A stretch of DNA of 64,000 bases from an uncultured Solirubrobacterales bacterium (GTDB lineage Bacteria > Actinomycetota > Thermoleophilia > Solirubrobacterales > Solirubrobacteraceae). This document shows positions 18,827-28,668 of this stretch, one piece after another; position 1 is the stretch's first letter; the number at the start of each line of letters is the position of its first letter. The notes beneath the pieces are model-generated. The model was not told the origin of the DNA, did not search any database, and saw only the letters and a program-made list of their open reading frames with translations. Made by a program: the position numbers and the translations under genes. The stretch is taken from assembly GCA_963723675.1 (NCBI GenBank), contig CAVRRW010000007.1:134527-198526 (forward strand), read 5' to 3'.

Positions 18827-19265
18827 CACCGCTCGCCGCCAGCCGCCCCGCCCTCGCCGGCGCCAGCTCACCCCCCGTCCTCGCCGGCGCCCGTGTGCCG
18901 TCTCGGACCCGCCGGCGATGCCACCCCTGTACGCTCCCCCTGAAGTGATCGCCAACTCCGGCTGACGGGCCGCGGCCCGACCGCCAGAGTTCCGCCCCAG
19001 GAGGAGAGCCTCGCGAGCCCCAGGTCCGTCGACCCTATGCCTGTCCGGGTCTCAGATAAGCAGGCTTTTGCAAGTTCCGGCACCGTTTGAGACGAGCGTG
19101 CGGCGAGCGTGGAGAACGCGCTGGAGTTGGTCACGCGGCTGGGGCCGGAGCCGGCCCGCCGGCGGACGGCCGCGCGCATCGGCGCGCGCCGGCGCGCGGG
19201 AGAGCACTCGCCTGCGGAGGCAGGCAATTTGATGGTCGGTGCCCATCCAGTCAAGGAGGTGTGAC

Positions 19266-19526
19266 GTGCCCGTGATCGCTGCTTCGACGGGTTGGTACAT
19301 CGGGCTTGTGCTCGGGATCGTGGTCGTCGCGGTAGCCGCCGCGATCGTGATCGCGATCGTGCTCCTGGCCAACCGCATCGCCGCGCAGGCTCGGACCGCG
19401 GTCGCAGGAGTGGACAAGGTGCGCGAGCAGACGACGGAGCTCGGTGGGATCGGCCGGATAAACGACTCCGGCGTGCGGATCTTGCACTCCGCGCGAGCGC
19501 TTCGAAAGGTGGCGGTCGGAAAATGA
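19266..19526 (+). CDS. Small single-TM helical protein 1 (cox-linked)
   Basis: AAGGAGG RBS then GTG 19266; TM GWYIGLVLGIVVVAVAAAIVIAIVLLA followed by an amphipathic helix; stop overlaps the next ATG (ATGA). Confidence 0.85.
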   Translation: MPVIAASTGWYIGLVLGIVVVAVAAAIVIAIVLLANRIAAQARTAVAGVDKVREQTTELGGIGRINDSGVRILHSARALRKVAVGK

Positions 19527-19816
19527 CGCTCTCCTACGCCGCGCTGTCCAACCACGGCGCCTGGTGGATCGCGCTGGCGATCGGCCTGGTCGCGGCGCTG
19601 GTCGTGGCGGGCCTGCTGCTCGTCCTGGTCAGGACCGTAACCGACATTCGGAAGTCCGCCGGCGCGTTGCTCGAGGCCGCCGGCAAGGTCGCCGCGAACA
19701 CCGCAAACATCCCGCAGCTAGAGGCCACCGCGCCGGTGCTGGGACTGATCGTGGAGGAGGCCGTGGTCCAGGACGGCTACATGAACGCGCTCACCGACGG
19801 GTTCGGTGGCAAATGA
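19523..19816 (+). CDS. Small single-TM helical protein 2 (cox-linked)
   Basis: MTLSYAALSNHGAWWIALAIGLVAALVVAGLLLVLVRTVTDIRK...TANIPQLEAT...DGFGGK; ATGA coupling. Confidence 0.85.
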   Translation: MTLSYAALSNHGAWWIALAIGLVAALVVAGLLLVLVRTVTDIRKSAGALLEAAGKVAANTANIPQLEATAPVLGLIVEEAVVQDGYMNALTDGFGGK

Positions 19817-19940
19817 TCGCGTTGATCACCACACGGGTTCGGTGGCAAGTGATCGCGTTGATCATCACACACGGGTTCGGTGGCAAATGATCGCGTTGAC
19901 CATCACACACGGGTTCGGTGGCAAATGACCACGTTAATCA
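19797..19940. repeat. Tandem 36-38 bp repeat (about 4 copies) of the gene2-stop/gene3-start junction
   Basis: ACGGGTTCGGTGGCAAATGATCGCGTTG... starts at 19797, 19833, 19871 and 19909. Confidence 0.92.
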
Positions 19941-20194
19941 TCCTCAGCGTCATCCTCGCCGTGGTCGTGGTGGCGGTGCTCGCGGCGGCGCTGACCAAGG
20001 TGCGCGCCGACCTGGAGGCGACTTCCAAGGACCTGGCGACGCTGGCCTCGGCGCTGGCGACGGTAGAGGCCGAGCACCTGCGGCCGCTCGAGCCCGCAGT
20101 CAAGGCGATCAACGCCCAGTTCGACGTGATCCTCAGCGCGCTGCCGGGGATCGCATCAAAGGCGGCGATCGTCGCCGAAAGGAGGCCGACGTGA
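19925..20194 (+). CDS. Small single-TM helical protein 3 (cox-linked)
   Basis: MTTLIILSVILAVVVVAVLAAALTKVRADLEAT...HLRPLEPAVKAINAQFD; stop overlaps the next GTG. Confidence 0.85.
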   Translation: MTTLIILSVILAVVVVAVLAAALTKVRADLEATSKDLATLASALATVEAEHLRPLEPAVKAINAQFDVILSALPGIASKAAIVAERRPT

Positions 20195-20448
20195 TCCTCG
20201 AGTGGATCGGAGACGCGGTGCTCCTCCTGGTGCTGCTGCCGGTCGTGGTCTACCTCCTTCGCAGTGTCCTGAACGCCGCCAACAGCATCGTCGGAAGCGT
20301 CGAGCAGACCGCCGGCGCCGCACAGGCCGGGTCCAAGGACCTCGACGCGGTGCCGCTGCTGCTGACCACGCAGGAGCAGGTAAGAAAGACGATCGAGTCG
20401 GCAGCCAACTACGGCGGCTCGCTCGACGTGATCCTCGACGACGCCTGA
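20191..20448 (+). CDS. Small single-TM helical protein 4 (cox-linked)
   Basis: AAAGGAGG RBS, GTG 20191; ILEWIGDAVLLLVLLPVVVYLLRSVLNAANSI...LDAVPLLLTT. Confidence 0.85.
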   Translation: MILEWIGDAVLLLVLLPVVVYLLRSVLNAANSIVGSVEQTAGAAQAGSKDLDAVPLLLTTQEQVRKTIESAANYGGSLDVILDDA

Positions 20449-20459
20449 TTGGAGGAGCG

Positions 20460-21176
20460 ATGCCGGCAGCCGGCATAGTCATGATCATCGCCGTCGTCCT
20501 GATCGTCCTGGCGCTCGTCTACTACCTCGTCTCGACGATCCTCGCGCTCCAGAAGATCACCAAGGGGCTCGACAGGGCGATCGCCGCAGTCGTCGAGATC
20601 ATCCAGAAGACCGAGGCCGTGGCCCCGGTCGTCAACGACATCAACGCCAACCTCGACGCCGGCGTCGACCTGCTCGAGGGCCTGCTCGTCAAGAAGGCGG
20701 GGATGGCCGATGCGCTCGGGCTGGTCGACGGCCTCTACCCGGGGGCTGCCGCGGCGGGCTTTCGCAACTTCCCCGACAGCGCCACGACGAAGGCGCCGCG
20801 CATCTCCGAGGTGTACACGAGGGGAACGCTGACGCTCGCGCGGCTTGGCCGGGAAGCGCCGATCGCGGCCGCCAGCCCCGATGGGCCCGCGTTGCGCAAC
20901 CCGGCCTACGGCAGCCTGGCGGCGAGGTTGCTGTATCCCGAGATCCGCCAGCGGCGGCCCGAGCGCCTGCCCCGCTCACCGGTGATCGGGGCCGGCTCCC
21001 CGGTCCAGTACGAGCCCAGCGAGGAGCCTGGGGTCCGCCGGCGCATGCCCACTGGCACGGAGGATCCTGGGGTCCGCCGGCGCATGCCCACTGGCACCCA
21101 CCCCGCGGACCCGTCCGGGGCCGCTCTCGCCGACCCAGAGGAAACGAGGCCCGATGCAGACACCGGCTCCGTTTGA
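20460..21176 (+). CDS. Single-TM helical protein 5 with extended soluble C-terminal tail (cox-linked)
   Basis: GGAGGAG RBS, ATG 20460; IVMIIAVVLIVLALVYYLVSTILALQKI...EAVAPVVNDINANLD; overlaps the coxM start. Confidence 0.85.
   Translation: MPAAGIVMIIAVVLIVLALVYYLVSTILALQKITKGLDRAIAAVVEIIQKTEAVAPVVNDINANLDAGVDLLEGLLVKKAGMADALGLVDGLYPGAAAAGFRNFPDSATTKAPRISEVYTRGTLTLARLGREAPIAAASPDGPALRNPAYGSLAARLLYPEIRQRRPERLPRSPVIGAGSPVQYEPSEEPGVRRRMPTGTEDPGVRRRMPTGTHPADPSGAALADPEETRPDADTGSV
21021..21098. repeat. In-frame 39-bp duplication (EEPGVRRRMPTGT x2)
   Basis: Copies start at 21021 and 21060. Confidence 0.9.
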
Positions 21177-22029
21177 GTACGAGCGCGCCACAAGCGTCGA
21201 GGGCGCGATCGCGTCGCTGCAGCGGCTCGGCTCCGAGGCGCGAATCATCGCCGGCGGCCACAGCCTGCTGCCGATGATGAAGCTCCGGCTGGCCAACCCC
21301 GAGCACCTGATCGACATCAACGATCTCGACGAGCTGTCCTACATCCGCCAAGACGGCGAGGAGATCCGGATCGGCGCGCTGACCCGCCACGCGGATCTCG
21401 ACAAATCGGAGCTGCTGGCCGAGCACCTGCCGGTGTTCCGCGACGCCGAGCAGATGATCGCCGATCCGCCGGTCCGTAATCGCGGCACGATCGGCGGATC
21501 GCTGTGTCAGGCCGACGCCGCCGAGGACCTCAGCGCCGTGTGCGCGGCGCTCAAGGCCAAGGTCGTGATCCGCGGGCCCGGCGGCGAGCGCGTGCTCGGG
21601 ATGGACGGCTTCTACCTCGGGCCGTTCACCACCGCCGTCGGCGCCGATGAGCTGCTGACCGAGATCCGGATCCCGCTGCGTCCCAACGGCGGCAGCGCCC
21701 ACGAGAAGGTCGAGCGCCGCGCCGGCGACTTCGCGATCGCGGCCGCGTCGGCGGCGGTCTGGATCGAGGGATCGCGGATCGCCGACGCGGGGCTGGCGCT
21801 GAGCGCGGTCGGCCCGATCACGATCCAGGTCTCCCGCGTGGAGGAGCTGCTGCGGGACAAGCCGCCGTCGGAGGAGCTGTTCGCGGCGGCCGGGGAGCTG
21901 GCGGCCGAGGACTGCGCTCCGATCGCCGACGGCCGCGGGACCGTCGCATACAAGCGGCACCTCGCGGCGGTGCTCAGCAAACGTGCGCTGCGCCGGGCAA
22001 CGGCGCGCGCGCTCCACCAGGAGGTGTGA
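21154..22029 (+). CDS. coxM: CO dehydrogenase medium (FAD) subunit
   Basis: IIAGGHSLLPMMKLR, IRIGALTRH, VRNRGTIGGSL, KVERRAGDFA. Confidence 0.93.
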   Translation: MQTPAPFEYERATSVEGAIASLQRLGSEARIIAGGHSLLPMMKLRLANPEHLIDINDLDELSYIRQDGEEIRIGALTRHADLDKSELLAEHLPVFRDAEQMIADPPVRNRGTIGGSLCQADAAEDLSAVCAALKAKVVIRGPGGERVLGMDGFYLGPFTTAVGADELLTEIRIPLRPNGGSAHEKVERRAGDFAIAAASAAVWIEGSRIADAGLALSAVGPITIQVSRVEELLRDKPPSEELFAAAGELAAEDCAPIADGRGTVAYKRHLAAVLSKRALRRATARALHQEV

Positions 22030-22079
22030 GTGCTCCCCCCTAAATTCCACTCCATTCGAGCACGAGGAGAAGCACTGAC

Positions 22080-22559
22080 GTGCAGGTGACGATCACGATC
22101 AACGGCGAACCGGTCTCCCGGGACGTGGAGCCGCGCCAGCTGCTCGTGCACTTCATCCGCGAGACGCCCGGGCTGACCGGCACCCACTGGGGCTGCGACA
22201 CGTCCAACTGCGGCGCCTGCGTGGTGCTGATGGACGGCAAGCCCGTGAAATCCTGCACGATCCTCTCCGCGATGGTCGAGGGCCACGAGGTCCGCACGGT
22301 CGAGTCGCTCGAGGTCGACGGCCGGCTTGATCCGCTGCAGCAGGGCTTCCACGAGAAGCACGCGCTGCACTGCGGCTTCTGCACGCCGGGGATGCTGATG
22401 ACCGCGCGCGCCCTGCTGGACGAGAACCCCGACCCGACCGAGCAGGAGATTCGAACCGCGATCTCGGGCGCGATCTGCCGTTGCACCGGCTACAAAAACA
22501 TCGTCAGCGCGGTTCGCTGGGCGGCCGAGCACCAAGCCGCGACAAAACAGGAGGCGTGA
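22080..22559 (+). CDS. coxS: CO dehydrogenase small (2x[2Fe-2S]) subunit
   Basis: GCDTSNCGAC...KSC; CGFCTPG; ICRCTGY. Confidence 0.95.
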   Translation: MQVTITINGEPVSRDVEPRQLLVHFIRETPGLTGTHWGCDTSNCGACVVLMDGKPVKSCTILSAMVEGHEVRTVESLEVDGRLDPLQQGFHEKHALHCGFCTPGMLMTARALLDENPDPTEQEIRTAISGAICRCTGYKNIVSAVRWAAEHQAATKQEA

Positions 22560-22563
22560 AAGC

Positions 22564-24957
<2,394 letters not shown>

Positions 24958-24975
24958 GGATCCGACGAACCTGAG

Positions 24976-25917
24976 ATGACGCCAGTGCATGTCACCGGGG
25001 AGGCCGCGGACGAGATCCGCCGGCTGGTGCCCGACGTGGAGACGCTGGCCCGGCGGCTGGCATCGGTGGACTACCTCGTCGACGAGGGCCTGGCCACGTC
25101 GATGTTCCTGAGCCTGGCGCTGCCCCAGCCGCTGCTGCTCGAGGGCGAGGCGGGGGTCGGCAAGACCGAGGCGGGCAAGTCGCTTGCGGCGGTGCTGCAG
25201 ACGCCGCTGATCCGCCTGCAGTGCTATGAGGGGATCGACGCGGCCGAGTCGCTGTACGAGTGGAACTACCCGCGCCAGCTGCTCAGCATCAGGCTCGCCG
25301 ACGCCCACGGCGCCGACCTGCGCGAGGAGGACCTGTTCGGCCGCGACTACCTGATCCGCAGGCCGTTGCTGCGGGCGCTGGAGCATCCGGGGCCGCGACC
25401 GGCGGTGCTGCTGATCGACGAGATCGACCGCGCCGACGACGACTTCGAGGCGTTCCTGCTGGAGCTGCTCGCCGAGGCGGCGGTGACGATCCCCGAGCTG
25501 GGCACCGTGCGGGCAACGCATCCTCCAATCATCGTGCTGACCTCCAACCGCACGCGCGACCTGCACGACGCGGTCAAGCGCCGTTGCCTGTACCACTGGA
25601 TCGACTATCCGAGCGCCGAGCGCGAGGTCGAGATCGTGCGCCGCCGGGTCAAGGGCTCGTCGGAGACGCTCGCGGTGCAGGTGGCCGGCGCGGTCGCGAG
25701 GATGCGCGATTCCGACGTGCAGAAGCCTCCGGGCGTGGCGGAGGCGATCGACTGGCTGGCCGCGCTGACCGTGCTCGGCGTGCGGCGACTCGACGAGCGG
25801 GCGATCGCGCGCACGCTCGGGTCCGTGCTCAAGTACTCAGAGGACCAGGAGGTGATCCGGGCCGCCGGTCTGGAAACGCTCGTGGCCGGCGGCGGGGGAG
25901 GGCGAGGAGATGGCTGA
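24976..25917 (+). CDS. coxD: MoxR-type AAA+ ATPase, CODH maturation
   Basis: Walker A GEAGVGKT, RLQCYEG, Walker B LLIDEIDRAD, LTSNRTR. Confidence 0.9.
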   Translation: MTPVHVTGEAADEIRRLVPDVETLARRLASVDYLVDEGLATSMFLSLALPQPLLLEGEAGVGKTEAGKSLAAVLQTPLIRLQCYEGIDAAESLYEWNYPRQLLSIRLADAHGADLREEDLFGRDYLIRRPLLRALEHPGPRPAVLLIDEIDRADDDFEAFLLELLAEAAVTIPELGTVRATHPPIIVLTSNRTRDLHDAVKRRCLYHWIDYPSAEREVEIVRRRVKGSSETLAVQVAGAVARMRDSDVQKPPGVAEAIDWLAALTVLGVRRLDERAIARTLGSVLKYSEDQEVIRAAGLETLVAGGGGGRGDG

Positions 25918-27343
25918 GACGGCCTTCACGGTCGAGACGATCGAGCTCGACCTGCCGGCCGTGGTCGTCGCCTTCAGCCGGCGACTGCACCGCGCCGGTG
26001 TGCCGATGACCGCCGAGCGAGCGGCCCGCTTCGCACAGGCCCTGACGCTGGTCAGGCCGATCACCCGGCGGCGGCTCTACTGGACTGCGCGGGCGGTGGT
26101 GGTCTCCGACGCCTCGCAGGTCGGGGCGTTCGATGCGGTGTTCTTCTCGGTGTTCGGGGCGCGGCCCGGCCGCGACGAGCCCGTCGCCGATGACCCGCAG
26201 CCGGTTGCGCCATCGGCCGATGAGCGGCCCGGATCTGACCGCGAGACAGACGGCGCGGGGGCGGTTCCGCGCGGCACTACCGCGGGATCGGCGGCACCGA
26301 CCCCGAATCGGCGGCCGCAGGATCCCTCGCGCGAGGTGGCGCTGCCGATGGCCGCCAGCGACGAGGAGGTGCTGCGCGAGAAGCGCTTTGACGCGCTCGA
26401 GCCCGACGAGCTGGCCCAGCTCTACCGCGTGATGGCGCGGCTGCGGGTGGCGACACCGCTGCGTCGCACCCGCCGCGTCCGGCGCGACCGCCGCGGCGAG
26501 CGTATCGACATGCGCCGCACGCTGCGCGCGAGCATGCGCACCGGCGGCGATCCGATTCGCCTGGCCCGGCGGCGCCGGCGCGTGGTCCGCCGGCGGCTGG
26601 TGCTGCTCTGTGACATCTCCGGTTCGATGGAGCCCTACGCGCGCGCGTACCTGCAGTTCCTCACCTCTGCCGCCGGCAGCGGCGCCGGCGGGGGGTGGGG
26701 GCGCGGGAGCGGGGTGCGCGGGGGCCGGGTGTCCCGGGGCGGGTCGGAGGCATTCGTGTTCGCCACGCGACTGACCCGCGTGACCCGGCCCCTGGCTTCG
26801 CGAAGTCCGGAGCGGGCGATCCAGCGCGCCGCCGCGGCCGCTCCGGACTGGTGCAGCGGCACCCGGATCGGCGATGCGCTCAAGGCCTTCAACGACCGCC
26901 ACGGACGTCGCGGGATGGCGCGCGGCGCCGTGATCGTGATCCTCTCCGACGGCTGGGAGCGCGGCGCTCCGGCGCTGGTGGGCAGGGAAATGGAGCGCCT
27001 GGCGCGGCTCGCGCACCGGATCGTCTGGGTCAACCCGCGGGTGGCGGCGAGTGGCTTTCAGCCGCGCGCCGGGGGGATGGCGGCGGCGCTGCCGCACTGC
27101 GACGCGCTCGTCAGCGGCCACAACCTGCGTGCGCTCGAGGAGGTCGCAGAGGCGATCGCCGCGCCGCGCGGGGCCGGGGAGGGGCCGGGGATGAGCTGGA
27201 AGAGCGACCCGGTCGAGGCGGAGGCCGAGGAGGAGAGCTGGGCCAGCGCGACACCAGTTCAGGGCAGCTCGGTCGCGATGCCCAGCGGCTACGGCCCAAG
27301 CAGGGGACGCACGATCCCGGGATGGGGGTCTGATGGGCGCTGA
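25910..27343 (+). CDS. coxE: VWA-domain CoxE-like protein
   Basis: IDMRRTLRAS, MIDAS motif LCDISGSME, SGTRIG, ILSDGWERG, WVNP. Confidence 0.9.
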   Translation: MAETAFTVETIELDLPAVVVAFSRRLHRAGVPMTAERAARFAQALTLVRPITRRRLYWTARAVVVSDASQVGAFDAVFFSVFGARPGRDEPVADDPQPVAPSADERPGSDRETDGAGAVPRGTTAGSAAPTPNRRPQDPSREVALPMAASDEEVLREKRFDALEPDELAQLYRVMARLRVATPLRRTRRVRRDRRGERIDMRRTLRASMRTGGDPIRLARRRRRVVRRRLVLLCDISGSMEPYARAYLQFLTSAAGSGAGGGWGRGSGVRGGRVSRGGSEAFVFATRLTRVTRPLASRSPERAIQRAAAAAPDWCSGTRIGDALKAFNDRHGRRGMARGAVIVILSDGWERGAPALVGREMERLARLAHRIVWVNPRVAASGFQPRAGGMAAALPHCDALVSGHNLRALEEVAEAIAAPRGAGEGPGMSWKSDPVEAEAEEESWASATPVQGSSVAMPSGYGPSRGRTIPGWGSDGR

Positions 27344-27551
27344 CCGGGCGACCGGCAAGCGCTGCATCTATCCGGGTTGCGAACGGCCCGCCGTTCCGCC
27401 ACATCCACTTGGCGGCCCGCAGCCGAGCTTCTGCGAGCTGGAGGAGCACAACGCGCTGACCGCCCACCTGGAACGCCGGCGGATCGCGCGCGAGGCGGCG
27501 CCCAACGGCGCCGGGGACCAAACCACCGCCGGGAGGTTCGACGATGGCTGA
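27333..27551 (+). CDS. Small Cys/His putative metal-binding protein
   Basis: 72 aa, CIYPGC...SFCELEEHN; overlaps the coxE stop and the next start. Confidence 0.7.
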   Translation: MGADRATGKRCIYPGCERPAVPPHPLGGPQPSFCELEEHNALTAHLERRRIAREAAPNGAGDQTTAGRFDDG

Positions 27552-27996
27552 GGAGGCATATCGCGCCGTGTTCCTGCGGGTGCACCCGACCGGAAAAATG
27601 GTGCTCAGCCTGACCACCGAGTCCGACGGAATGGAGCCGGAGTACGCGCAGCTGGTCGCGGAGGCGCTGGGGGTCCCGGCGCTCGACGTCAAGGTCGTGT
27701 CGGCCGACGAGAACCGGTTCGGAGTCGGTCACGGGTTCAACACCAGCCCCTCGCAAGCGACGCCGGCGGCGATCACCAGCGCCGCCGGAAAGATCCTCGA
27801 CAAGGCCCGCCTGCTCGCGGGCGCCGCGCTCGACGCCCCGCCCGACAGCCTCGAGTGGAGCAACGGAGCGTTCGTCGGCGCCGATCCAGCGCGGGCCCAG
27901 ACGATCGCGGACATCGCGCTGTACGCGCACGGCAGCGGCGTCCTTCCTGCGGGCGTCGAGGGCGGGCTCGACGCGCAGACCGTCTACCGCGAATGA
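27544..27996 (+). CDS. Stand-alone degenerate molybdopterin-binding subdomain homologous to internal CoxL
   Basis: LRVHPTGKMVLSL...AQLVAEALGVP...EGGLDAQTVY aligns by eye with CoxL LRVHPSGKAVVSL...AQIVAEELGIP...EGGLDAQVIY. Confidence 0.85.
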   Translation: MAEEAYRAVFLRVHPTGKMVLSLTTESDGMEPEYAQLVAEALGVPALDVKVVSADENRFGVGHGFNTSPSQATPAAITSAAGKILDKARLLAGAALDAPPDSLEWSNGAFVGADPARAQTIADIALYAHGSGVLPAGVEGGLDAQTVYRE

Positions 27997-28064
27997 TGCT
28001 CCCCAACGCAGACAAGGCGAGCGCTACCGGGATTCCGAGGCCGGGTCCGGAGATGCACGCGGAG

Positions 28065-28592
28065 TCAAAGCGCGGCGTCGACCTCGACCTGCACCTCGTC
28101 GAGGACCTTGAGCGTCCCGAACAGCGCCGAGTACGGCTTCATGCCCCAGTCGCTCTGCTTGACGGTGGCGGTCCCGGCAAGCCGCCCGTCATCGATGCCC
28201 AGCTCGAACGCGATCGGGTGGCGGGCGCCGGCGAGCTCGAGCTCGCCCCGGACGTTCAGGCGCCTCCCGTCGGAACTGACGTTCACGTCGCTGGACTCGA
28301 ACGCGATCGCGGAGCCCTTGAGCACCTCCTCGTCGATCGTCTGCTCGATCCCCGCCTTGTCATCGTCGCCGAGCACCATCATGCCGCCGATGCCCTCGCG
28401 CACGCGCAGCGAGCGCGCGTCGGCGGTGAGCGAGATCCGGGGCTGTGGGGCGAGCTCGAGCGTCCCCTCCCACGAGCTGACCTCGATCACGAGATCGTGG
28501 GCGGCCTTCGCGGCGGCGCCGCCCTTCTTCGTCCTGACCGTGAGCATGGCGTTGCCGGGGCCGAATGCATGCGTTCCGTCAGCGAGTGGCAT
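28065..28592 (-). CDS. YceI-family (polyisoprenoid-binding) protein
   Basis: HDLVIEV, ISLTADARSL, IAFESS, GELELAG..HPI, TVKQSDWGMKPYSALFG.LKVLDEV pattern; no signal peptide. Confidence 0.8.
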   Translation of the reverse strand: MPLADGTHAFGPGNAMLTVRTKKGGAAAKAAHDLVIEVSSWEGTLELAPQPRISLTADARSLRVREGIGGMMVLGDDDKAGIEQTIDEEVLKGSAIAFESSDVNVSSDGRRLNVRGELELAGARHPIAFELGIDDGRLAGTATVKQSDWGMKPYSALFGTLKVLDEVQVEVDAAL

Positions 28593-28668
28593 CGGGGCAA
28601 CGATGCTAAGCGATCAGGTTTCGACAGGACATTGGACATCGACACAGTGAGCGCAAGGAGACATCCAA

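Noticed and set aside
19020-19260. Moco/tungsten riboswitch upstream of the cox cassette
   Set aside because: I could not match the conserved motif by eye. It needs an Infernal search, so it is reported only as an unspecified structured region.
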